Below are positions 54,659 through 63,031 of a stretch of DNA of 64,000 nt, in pieces. The position numbers were made by a program, and so were the translations under genes. Within the stretch, counting starts at the first letter, position 1. The number at the start of each line of letters is the position of its first letter. The DNA is from Polyangia bacterium. Lineage in GTDB: Bacteria > Myxococcota_A > Polyangia > Fen-1088. The stretch lies in the NCBI GenBank assembly GCA_035578045.1, contig DATJWP010000136.1, positions 3,975 through 67,974 of the forward strand. Direction: 5' to 3'. The notes below the pieces were generated by a model, which searched no databases, had not been told where the DNA came from, and saw only the letters and a program-made list of their open reading frames with translations.

Positions 54659-57615
54659 CACCTGCGCTCCTTCGCCGGCGGCTGCGCGCCGGGCGCCGAC
54701 GTCGCCGGGTTGGCGCTCCACGACGGCCAGGCGCCCACCGGCGATTCACGCAGCGGCGACGGCGCCGGCGGCGGGCCATCGATCGGCAGCCGAACCTCGA
54801 AGCGCGTACGGCCGGGGCGGCTGTCGACGCGGATGGTGCCACCGTGCTTCTCGACGATGCGCGCGCAGATGCTCAGGCCGAGACCGGTCCCTTCGCCCTT
54901 GGCCTTGGTCGTGAAGAACGGCTCGAAGATGCGGGCAGCCACGTCGGCAGGAATTCCGGGTCCAGTATCCTCGATCGCCACGAGCACGTCCCGATCCTCC
55001 ACCTTCGTCTCGATCAAGATGTCTCCCCGCCCGTCCATGGCCTGTGTCGCGTTGTGAATCAAGTTCGTCCAGACTTGATTGAGCTCACCCACGTAGGCGC
55101 TGATCGCCGGCAGGGATCCGAATGATCTTCTCACATTAACGCTATTTTCTCCGTACTTCAACTGATGGGAGAGGATGACCAAGGTGTCTTCGATCCCGGC
55201 CTGCACGTCGACCCTCTCCAGCGGAGCTTCGTCGAGTCGCGAGTATCGCTTGAGCGCGCCGACGATGCGGCGGATGGCGCCGATGGCGGTGCGTATCGTA
55301 CCCGCCGTCCGCGCCAGGAACGCGACCTCGCGCAGGTAGCCCGCCAGCGGGGCCAGGTTCTTGTCCCCGGCCAGCGCCCGCAGCTGCGGCGCGATCCGCT
55401 CGCCCAGCGGTCCCACCTCCGCCAGCATCGCCGCGGCTTCACCGGCGCCGTCGTTCCCGGAGAACGCCGTTTTCAGACGGCGCGCCTGCTGTCGCGCCTC
55501 GATGGACGTCAGCAGCGGCGCGGCGCTCATCTCGGGCAGCAGGCCGTCGATGAGCTCGAAATAGCGCGCCATCGACGAGGCGGGCAGCCCCAGCGAGGCC
55601 AGCGCCTGGGCGCAGTGCCCCAGCCTGCGCACCGTCTCGGCCAGCGCGTCGACCAGCCCCTGCACGGCGGCCGCCGGCGAGTTCACCTCGTGGGCGATGC
55701 CGGCCACCAGCATGCCCAGCCCGGCCATCTTCTCCGAGTGGATGAGCTGCCCTTGCGCCTCGCCCAGCTCGCGCAGCGCCCGCTCGGTCTCGTTGTTGGC
55801 CTTCTCCAGCTCGGCCGTGCGGGCCCGCACACGCGCCTCCAGCACCTCGGAGAACGCGCGCACCTCGGTGTAGAGCCGCGCGTTCTCGATGGCGGTCGCC
55901 GTCTGATCGGCGAACGTCACCAGCAGGCGCAGGTCGGCCTCGCCGAACGGCGCCTCGGTCAACCGGCCCACCACCAGCACGCCGACCATCCGCTCTTTCA
56001 GCGTCAGCGGGGCCGCGATCACGGGGCCGGTCAGCCCGGCGCCCTTCGAGGCGTCCATCAGCTGCGGGTCGGCCTCGACGGCCGCCGTCCGCCGCGCGCG
56101 GCCCAGGCGCGCCACCGCGGCCGCCAGCGGGGCCAGCTGCCCGCCGACGGGCTCGCCCGCGACGGCGCGCACCACGAACTCGGGGGGATCGGCGCCCACC
56201 GCCAGGGCGATCGCGGCGGTCTTGCCCCCCAGCACGTTCAGCACCTCGGTCACCACCGACCGCAGCACCTGACCCAGGTCGACGACCGTGCTCACCGCGC
56301 GCCCGACCTGGTGGACGGTCACCAGCTCGCGCACGCGCGCCGCCAGCCCCTCCTGATTCTCCTTCAAGCTGCGCGTCATGATCCGGAACGCCTCGGCCAG
56401 GTCGCCGATCTCGTCCAGCGTGTCGACCGAGATGCTGGTGTCCAGGTCGCCGCGCGCGATCGCCAGCGCGCCCGCGTGCAGGTTCTGCAGCGGCCGCGTC
56501 ATCCGGCGCGCCAGCAGGTTGGACAGCAGGATCGCCAGCAGCAGCGCCAGCAGCGCGCCCGACACCAGCGTGGTCACGGCGCGCCGGCGGGCGACGGCCA
56601 GCGGCTCGCGATCGACGGCCACGCCCAGCAGGCCGACCCCGGCGGCGTTCACGTCCTGGAGCTGCCCGAACGCGATCGAGTACTCGTGCCCGTCGACCTC
56701 CAGCGGCTCCACCATGGTGCCGGTGCCCAGGCCGGCCAGCTGCAGGTCGGCCGGCAAGAAGGGTCCCACCAGGCGCGCCCCGGTGGCGGCGGTGAAGGTC
56801 GACGTGTTCGGCTCGCGGCCGACGTAGATCACCACCTCGCGGCCGGCGCCCAGGGCGGCCTTCAACCGGTCGACCACCGTCCAGTCGACCGGCACGGTCA
56901 CCACCACCGCGCCCAGCAGGCGCAACGCCAGATCGGTCAGCGGGAGCGCGGCGCGCACGACCAGCCGATCGCGCGCGCTCTCGATGCTGACCGTGCGCTC
57001 GTAGTCGAGCGCGCGCAGGATGACCGGCGAGCGTCCGGCCGGCTCCAGTCCGCTGCGGTTCAAGGGCGCCAGCTCGTCGCAGCTGCCACGGGCGCAGCGG
57101 GATTCGATGCGGCCGGTGCCGTCGGTGATCTCGAACAGCGCGTTGGGCATGCCCAGCGACAGCTCGCCCAGGCGGCGCCGGGCCAGCTCGCCCTTCCCCG
57201 CCGCCCGTGCCACCAGCAGGGCCGGGTCCGCGGCCAGCGCCGTGGCGCCGGCGGCGACCTCCTGCACCTGCTGCAGGAACATCCCGCGCGCCACCTGCAG
57301 GCCGCGCTCGGCCTCGAACCGGATCCCCTGCTCGACGCTCGAGAAAATGAGGACGGTGGCCACGACCGACACCGCGATGACGGGGCCCAGCGCGGCCGCG
57401 ATCAGCGCGACCGACAGCCGGCGCCGCAGGCCCCGCCGGTGCATGGCAACGGGGACCTGCAGCGACCAGTTCGCGCTTCCCTTCCCCAACCACTCGGCCG
57501 GGCGGTAGATCGCCGAGGCCCGGATGTTCCCGCTCGACGACTTCAGGCGGCGCTCCGCGAACGGCGTGGTGCCGGTCAGCTTGCCGGTGCGGTTGCCCCG
57601 CGGAGGCGAGTTCAT
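54658..57615 (-). CDS. Sensor histidine kinase: TM - ~300-aa periplasmic domain - TM - HAMP - GAF - DHp/HATPase
   Basis: HAMP (RPLQNLHAGALAIARGDLD...IGDLAEAFRIM), GAF, the phospho-His box GIAHEVNSP, an N-box LIHNATQAM, and G-boxes EDTGPGI and GTGLGL. ATG 57615 overlaps the SBP stop (ATGA), with ATG 57444 as the alternative start. The first ~530 codons of track ORF 54658..59211 are an out-of-frame shadow. Confidence 0.9.
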   Translation of the reverse strand: MNSPPRGNRTGKLTGTTPFAERRLKSSSGNIRASAIYRPAEWLGKGSANWSLQVPVAMHRRGLRRRLSVALIAAALGPVIAVSVVATVLIFSSVEQGIRFEAERGLQVARGMFLQQVQEVAAGATALAADPALLVARAAGKGELARRRLGELSLGMPNALFEITDGTGRIESRCARGSCDELAPLNRSGLEPAGRSPVILRALDYERTVSIESARDRLVVRAALPLTDLALRLLGAVVVTVPVDWTVVDRLKAALGAGREVVIYVGREPNTSTFTAATGARLVGPFLPADLQLAGLGTGTMVEPLEVDGHEYSIAFGQLQDVNAAGVGLLGVAVDREPLAVARRRAVTTLVSGALLALLLAILLSNLLARRMTRPLQNLHAGALAIARGDLDTSISVDTLDEIGDLAEAFRIMTRSLKENQEGLAARVRELVTVHQVGRAVSTVVDLGQVLRSVVTEVLNVLGGKTAAIALAVGADPPEFVVRAVAGEPVGGQLAPLAAAVARLGRARRTAAVEADPQLMDASKGAGLTGPVIAAPLTLKERMVGVLVVGRLTEAPFGEADLRLLVTFADQTATAIENARLYTEVRAFSEVLEARVRARTAELEKANNETERALRELGEAQGQLIHSEKMAGLGMLVAGIAHEVNSPAAAVQGLVDALAETVRRLGHCAQALASLGLPASSMARYFELIDGLLPEMSAAPLLTSIEARQQARRLKTAFSGNDGAGEAAAMLAEVGPLGERIAPQLRALAGDKNLAPLAGYLREVAFLARTAGTIRTAIGAIRRIVGALKRYSRLDEAPLERVDVQAGIEDTLVILSHQLKYGENSVNVRRSFGSLPAISAYVGELNQVWTNLIHNATQAMDGRGDILIETKVEDRDVLVAIEDTGPGIPADVAARIFEPFFTTKAKGEGTGLGLSICARIVEKHGGTIRVDSRPGRTRFEVRLPIDGPPPAPSPLRESPVGAWPSWSANPATSAPGAQPPAKERR

Positions 57616-59180
57616 TCGACGTGCTCCGCCCAGCGGTAGAGGCCCATGGCCGAGGGCTGCACCACCAGGCCGCGGATGTTGGTGCGCTCGGCGAACACGA
57701 CCTTGGAGTGCGCCAGCGGCACCCAGGGGACGTCGATGGCCAGGATCGCCTGCGCCTCGGAGTACAGCCGCTCGCGCTCGGTGCGATCGGTGGTCCGCTG
57801 CGCCATCCCGATCACGTCGTGGAACCACCCGTTGCTGTAGAACGCCACGTTGGACGGGCGGCTGCCGGTCGTGTTGTCGGAGTCGAGCAGCGTGTAGAGG
57901 AAGCTGTCCGGATCGCCGTTGTCGTTGAACCAGCCGTGCAGCGCCAGGTCGTGCTCGCCGGCCCACAGCGCGCGCTGGTGGTCGGCCGGATCGCTCAGGA
58001 TCACGTCGACCCGGATCCCCACGGCGGCCAGGGAGTGCTTGATGATGTCGGCCACCCGGGCCGGCTCGGGCATGTACTGGCTGGCCACCGACGGCGCGAA
58101 CAGCTTCAGCGGCGGCTCTTCCGCCCCCTGCCAGCCGGCCTCGGCCAGCAGCGCCCGCGCGCGCGCCGGATCGTACGGGTAGGTCACGACGTCGGACCGC
58201 GCGCCCCAGACGTTCGGCGGCAAGGGGCCGATGGCCGGGATCCCCACCCCCTGGTACACCAGCTTGACCAGCGCCTCGGTCCGGATGGCGTGGGCGATGG
58301 CGCGGCGGATGCGCGGATCGTTGAGCGGCCGGCGCTGGGTGTTCATCGCCAGGTAAGAGACCAGCGCCGCCGGGGCCATGGCCAGCCGCAGGTCCGGGTG
58401 CAGGCGCACCAGCGGCAGATCGTCGGGGGCCAGCTGCTGGATCACGTCGGCCGCGCCCGACTCCAGCGCCTGCAGGCGCTGCTTGGAGTCCGGCATGGCC
58501 AGCAGCACCAGGTAGCGGGTGCGGGCCGGCTGGTCCCAGTAGGTCGGGTTGCGCTCGAGCGTGATCCGGTCGCCCGGGATCCACTCGACGAACCGGTAGG
58601 GGCCCGAGCCGACCGGGTGGCGGCCGAAGTCGTGCCGCCACTTCCGCACCGCCGTCGGCGACACGATGGCCGCCGGCCCCATCGCCAGGTTCGCCAGGAA
58701 AGGCGCGTAGGGGCGGTCGATCTCGAACTGCACCCGCAGCGGTCCGTCGGCGCGCACGCGCCGGATGTTGTGGTAGGCGCGGGTCCAGACGAAGTCGGCC
58801 TCGTGGTACGGGTGCTCGGGGACGATCTGGCGCTCGAACGAGAACACCACGGCGTCGGCGTTGACCGCCGTGCCGTCCGAGAACAGCACGTTGGGGCGCA
58901 GCTCGAAGGTCCAGATGGTGCCGTCGGCGCTGACCGTCCAGCTGGTCGCCAGGTCGGGCTCGGGCTCGAGGCGCCCGGGCGCGAACCGGACCAGTCGGCC
59001 ATAGACCTGCTCGGCGACCTCCAGCGACTCGAGGTCGTTGGTCCGCGCCGGATCCAGGCTGACGGCGTCCATCGAGCGGGCCACCACCAGCCGGTCGGCC
59101 GGCCCCGCCGGCTCCTTCTGCGAGCCACGGCAGCCCGCCACGAGCGCGATCGCCAGCAGGACGCGAACGCCGGCGGTCAT
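57612..59180 (-). CDS. Family-5 (peptide/nickel, DppA/OppA-like) solute-binding lipoprotein without cognate permease or ATPase genes
   Basis: Lipobox ALVAGC. LVVARSMDAVSLDPA, YGRLVRF and TFELRPNVLFSDGT are typical of the SBP_bac_5 pattern. Confidence 0.85.
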   Translation of the reverse strand: MTAGVRVLLAIALVAGCRGSQKEPAGPADRLVVARSMDAVSLDPARTNDLESLEVAEQVYGRLVRFAPGRLEPEPDLATSWTVSADGTIWTFELRPNVLFSDGTAVNADAVVFSFERQIVPEHPYHEADFVWTRAYHNIRRVRADGPLRVQFEIDRPYAPFLANLAMGPAAIVSPTAVRKWRHDFGRHPVGSGPYRFVEWIPGDRITLERNPTYWDQPARTRYLVLLAMPDSKQRLQALESGAADVIQQLAPDDLPLVRLHPDLRLAMAPAALVSYLAMNTQRRPLNDPRIRRAIAHAIRTEALVKLVYQGVGIPAIGPLPPNVWGARSDVVTYPYDPARARALLAEAGWQGAEEPPLKLFAPSVASQYMPEPARVADIIKHSLAAVGIRVDVILSDPADHQRALWAGEHDLALHGWFNDNGDPDSFLYTLLDSDNTTGSRPSNVAFYSNGWFHDVIGMAQRTTDRTERERLYSEAQAILAIDVPWVPLAHSKVVFAERTNIRGLVVQPSAMGLYRWAEHVE

Positions 59181-62100
59181 CGCGAGGCCGCCCCGCGCCC
59201 GCCGCCGCCACCCAGTCGGATCCGGATCTCTGCCTGCTCGGCCCCGTCCACGCGGCGCAGATCGGCCGCCACGCCCGCGTACTGATCGGGCGCCACCCGC
59301 ATGATCGGCAGCAGCGACTCGCGGCGCAGGACGATCACGTTCGGGCGACCGGGCTCGACGTCGCGAGCCTCCAGGAACCGATACCCTCCCGCCCGCGAGA
59401 CCACCAGGTCCCCGTCGACGCCGGGCGCGTCCAGCCGCGCGGCGCCCGGCAGCTCGACCACCGCGGTCATCCGGGTCGGCACGTCGAAGCCCAGCACCAG
59501 CGCGGTCGACCGCTGGGGCTCGGCGGCGAAGCGGCGCCCCGGCTGCGACCGGAAGAACGTGGGCGCGATCCGCATCTCGCGCCCGCCGCCGCCGGGCCGA
59601 TCGACCGCCACGCCCAGGTGCGACGCGACGAACGAGTAGCGCACGCGCGCCGTGCCGACGCGCCCGCCCGCGTCGCGCGGGAGCTCGACCTCCAGGTCAC
59701 GCAGCCGCGCCCCGGGGAACTGCACGCCCAGCCAGCGCTGCTCGAAGTCCTCGCGCAGCCGATCGCGGTCGGCGCCGAACTGGTCCATCAGCTCGGCCCA
59801 CTCCAGCGCCGGCCAGCCGGCCAGGTCCTCGGTGGCGACCGCCACGCCCGAGCCCCGCTCGTCGACCTGGATGGTCATGTCGATGGTCCGGCGGTCGGCC
59901 GTGGCGCTGCGGGCCACGCCGAACCCGCCGGTGTCCAGCGCCAGCGTGCGCGCCCCGTCCAGCCCCGGCGGCACGTAGCCGAAGGGGGCGTGGCGAAGCC
60001 GCAGATCGACGAACACCGGCGCCGGCTTCGCCGCCACGGAGTCCCTCCCGAGGTCCATCTCGATCAACGTGTCGGCGAAGTCGTCCAGCTCCTGCGGCGG
60101 CGTCGGCGCGGTCGCGTCCGCCAGCAGGCGCGAGCGGGCCAGCACCGGCCGCGCCGGCACCCCCAGCTCGGCGGCCAGGGCCAGCGCCAGCGCCACGCGG
60201 CTCCCCCGCCCGCGCGCCAGCGTCACGCCGGCCGGGACCGCCAGCTCGTCGGTCGCCTCGATGTGCTCGGTGACCCAGTCGACGATGGCCGCGGCCTCAC
60301 GCGCCCGGGAACCACCCGACGCCTCGCGCAGCTTGGCCGCCAGCGCCTCCACGGCGGGCGAGGCGCGAACCGCTTCGTGCAGCTCCTCGGTCAGGAAGCG
60401 CGCCCACCCGTCCCAGCCGACGCCGCTGGAGGACCGGACCGAGGGGACGTACTCGATCGCCGGCACCGCCGATCGCTCGGCGAACAGCTGCGGGACGTCG
60501 GTGGCGACGAACGCCAGCACGCGCGTGCCGTCGGGACCATCGGCGCTGGTCGCCACGGGCGCGCCCGCGCGCCGGTCGATCGCGACCGCCAGCCCTCGGG
60601 GGACGATCAGCGTCAGCTCGCTGCGGGCCATGGGCGCGTCGAACGACTGGAAGAAGAAGCGATCGGTCAGGAAGCCGGGGGCGAACGCCGCCGCGGGCGC
60701 GCCCGTCTCCAGCAGCTCCCACTCGACGTAGTCGCCGATCTGCAGATCGGCCGCCGAGACCGTGTCCTTGCCGGCGATGTCCTCCGGCTCGCGCGTGGTG
60801 CCGTCCGGCTTGTGGGTCCGCAGCGTCAGGATCTCCGCCCCGGGCGGGACCGACACCTCGCCGAATCGGTCGATCGCGTCCTTGCTGTCGACGCGAACGA
60901 TCTCGTGGGTCAGCGTCATGGTGGCGCCGGTCGGGAACACGCGGGTCACGTCCCGATCCAGAACCACGACGGCGGGCGCGCTGGGACCGAATCGATCGAC
61001 CTCGGGAACCCTGGGAGGGTTCCCGAGCCCTCCCGCCAGGGACTCCGCCGGGCGAAGCCCAGCTCCGTCCCCGCGTCCTGGCCGACGGTGCTCGAAGGAC
61101 CAGATCGCCGAGCGGCCGTCTACACGGTAACCGTCGAGGGGCAGCGGGACGCCCAGCGCGCGCGCCGCCCGCCTGACCTCGGGCACGTCGGGCCGGGTCG
61201 CCAGGACCGCGAGCAACGTCTGGCGAGCGGCGTCCGCCTGTCCGATGGCCACCTGGGCGTCCGCCAACCGGACGCTCCGCACCGGATCCCCGGCGTCTCG
61301 CGCGGCCCAGGCGGCCAGCTCACGGACAGCGTCGGCCGAGCGCCCGACCGAGGCGAGCAGGCGGGCGTGGTCGGTGCCGAGATCGTCGCGCTCTGGATCC
61401 AGCGCGAGCGCCGTCTCGAGCAACGACAGGGCCGTCGCCGTGTCCCCGCGGGCCCGGGCGCGGTCCACCAGGGCCTCGACGTCGCCGCCGCAGCTGCGCA
61501 AGGCGCCGGTCAGGCCATCCTCGCGAGCCAGATCGCGGCGCTCCTCCGCGTCCCGGCGCAGCGCCTCGATCAACACGCAGGGAGCGCCCTGCCCGGCCGC
61601 CCGGGTCTCGGCGCGGGCCAGCGCCGCGCGGGCGTCGTGGTCCAGTCCCCGCTGGGCCAGGACGCGCGAGAGCATCAGCTCGGGGGCCCACCAGGCCGGC
61701 GCGGCGGCCCGCGCGCGCGAGGCGGCGTCGATGGCGTCGCGCGGCCGATCGTCGTCCAGCTCGACGGTGGCCAGCGCTTCCCAGGCTCGCGCCAGCCCGG
61801 GGTCGGCGCCCACCGCGGCGCGCAGCGCCCGGCGCGCGGCGTCCCGGGCAAAGGGCGCGGGGACCGTCGGATCGTGGCGGGCGATCTCACCGGCCAGCGC
61901 CCAGCCGACCGCGAACCGCGGCCAGGCGCTCAGCCGTTCCGCCAGCTTCGCGGTCTGGTCGATCTCCCCGGCGAGCTGGGCCGCGAAGGCGCGGCAATAC
62001 GCCTGCAGGACATCCTGGCCCGCGCCGCTCAGGCGCGCGGCGCTGGTCTCCAGCCCCGCCGCCGCCGCCACCGTCGCGCCGGGCGCGGCGGCCGCGCGCG

Positions 62101-63031
62101 GGTCGACGAACCGGACCGACCCGGCGGCGGCGGTCGGGAGGACGAACAGCCCCAGCCTGGTCTCGCCGGGAGAGGTGGCCACCCGGATCGACAGCTCGTG
62201 GCGACCGGCCGACAGGTTCAGGCGCGTCACGCCCAGGCGCGGGCCGTAGCGCCGCGGCGAGCCGTGCGCGAACGCGGCCCCGTCGACCTGCAGCCAGGCC
62301 TCGCCGGGATCGTCGAGCACGATGTCGTAAGCCCCCGCCGCCACCTCGACGGCCGCGCGCAGCAGCCTGGCGTCGGGCCGCCCGTCGACCGGCGGCGGCA
62401 CGTCGACGTGACAACCGGAAGCGGCGATCGACCGCCACCCGGACGGCGCGCGCGCGGCCTGCAGATCGAGGTGCGGGAGCGGGCCCAGCCGGCCGGCGTC
62501 GATCAGCGCGGGGACGCAGCCGTCGCTGGCCGCCTCCCTGGCCAGAGCGGCGCCGTCGCCCGCCCGCCGCGCCAGCTCTTCGCCCAGCCGGGCCAGCTCG
62601 ACGCGCGCCAGCCAGGGGAGCGCCGGGACGCGGGCCAGCTCGACTGGCCGGAGCGTCGCGCCCAGACGCGCCTCTTCGGCCGGACCGATCTCGTCGAACA
62701 GCTCTCGCAGCCGTCCGGCCGCGACCGGCGCGAGATCGTCGGACCAGGGGTTCCCCGGCGCGGCCGCCAGCGCCTGGAGCAGCGAAACGTCGTCGGCCAG
62801 CGCCGTGCGCCCGTCTCCGCGGGCGTGCGCGAGCGTGGCGCGCCCGAACAGCGCGATCGGATCGGCCGGCGCCTGGGCCAGCCGCGCCGCGAAGATCCGG
62901 CCCGCCTCGTCCCGGCGCCCCTCGGCCAGCGCGGTCCAGCCCGCCAGGGCCGGCTCGGGCGCCGGCGCCGGCCGCGGCAGCGCGGCGCAGGCGGATGCCG
63001 CCAGGACCATCAAACCAGCCAGCCGCTTCAC
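59177..63031 (-). CDS. 1284-aa secreted protein: N-terminal TPR-like region, DUF3857-like domain and a degenerate transglutaminase-like core
   Basis: A signal peptide is followed by Ala/Leu/Arg-rich helical repeats. The DUF3857-like block reads EILTLRTHKPDGTTREPE...IGDYVEWEL. The transglutaminase-like segment ARGRGSRVALALALAAELGVPA...FADTLIEM lacks the Cys and His that the neighbouring paralog retains. Confidence 0.75.
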   Translation of the reverse strand: MKRLAGLMVLAASACAALPRPAPAPEPALAGWTALAEGRRDEAGRIFAARLAQAPADPIALFGRATLAHARGDGRTALADDVSLLQALAAAPGNPWSDDLAPVAAGRLRELFDEIGPAEEARLGATLRPVELARVPALPWLARVELARLGEELARRAGDGAALAREAASDGCVPALIDAGRLGPLPHLDLQAARAPSGWRSIAASGCHVDVPPPVDGRPDARLLRAAVEVAAGAYDIVLDDPGEAWLQVDGAAFAHGSPRRYGPRLGVTRLNLSAGRHELSIRVATSPGETRLGLFVLPTAAAGSVRFVDPRAAAAPGATVAAAAGLETSAARLSGAGQDVLQAYCRAFAAQLAGEIDQTAKLAERLSAWPRFAVGWALAGEIARHDPTVPAPFARDAARRALRAAVGADPGLARAWEALATVELDDDRPRDAIDAASRARAAAPAWWAPELMLSRVLAQRGLDHDARAALARAETRAAGQGAPCVLIEALRRDAEERRDLAREDGLTGALRSCGGDVEALVDRARARGDTATALSLLETALALDPERDDLGTDHARLLASVGRSADAVRELAAWAARDAGDPVRSVRLADAQVAIGQADAARQTLLAVLATRPDVPEVRRAARALGVPLPLDGYRVDGRSAIWSFEHRRPGRGDGAGLRPAESLAGGLGNPPRVPEVDRFGPSAPAVVVLDRDVTRVFPTGATMTLTHEIVRVDSKDAIDRFGEVSVPPGAEILTLRTHKPDGTTREPEDIAGKDTVSAADLQIGDYVEWELLETGAPAAAFAPGFLTDRFFFQSFDAPMARSELTLIVPRGLAVAIDRRAGAPVATSADGPDGTRVLAFVATDVPQLFAERSAVPAIEYVPSVRSSSGVGWDGWARFLTEELHEAVRASPAVEALAAKLREASGGSRAREAAAIVDWVTEHIEATDELAVPAGVTLARGRGSRVALALALAAELGVPARPVLARSRLLADATAPTPPQELDDFADTLIEMDLGRDSVAAKPAPVFVDLRLRHAPFGYVPPGLDGARTLALDTGGFGVARSATADRRTIDMTIQVDERGSGVAVATEDLAGWPALEWAELMDQFGADRDRLREDFEQRWLGVQFPGARLRDLEVELPRDAGGRVGTARVRYSFVASHLGVAVDRPGGGGREMRIAPTFFRSQPGRRFAAEPQRSTALVLGFDVPTRMTAVVELPGAARLDAPGVDGDLVVSRAGGYRFLEARDVEPGRPNVIVLRRESLLPIMRVAPDQYAGVAADLRRVDGAEQAEIRIRLGGGGGRGAASR
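61004..61075 (+). repeat. Copy B of the ~70-nt hairpin-rich repeat, inside the 1284-aa CDS and in frame (72 nt)
   Basis: gggaaccctgggagggttccc...ctccgccgggcgaagcccagctccgtccccgcg. It has a perfect 9-bp hairpin GGGAACCCT-GGG-AGGGTTCCC at 61004-61024. On the coding (minus) strand it encodes ...PGRGDGAGLRPAESLAGGLGNPPRVPE..., a linker-like segment just before the DUF3857-like domain. Confidence 0.7.
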
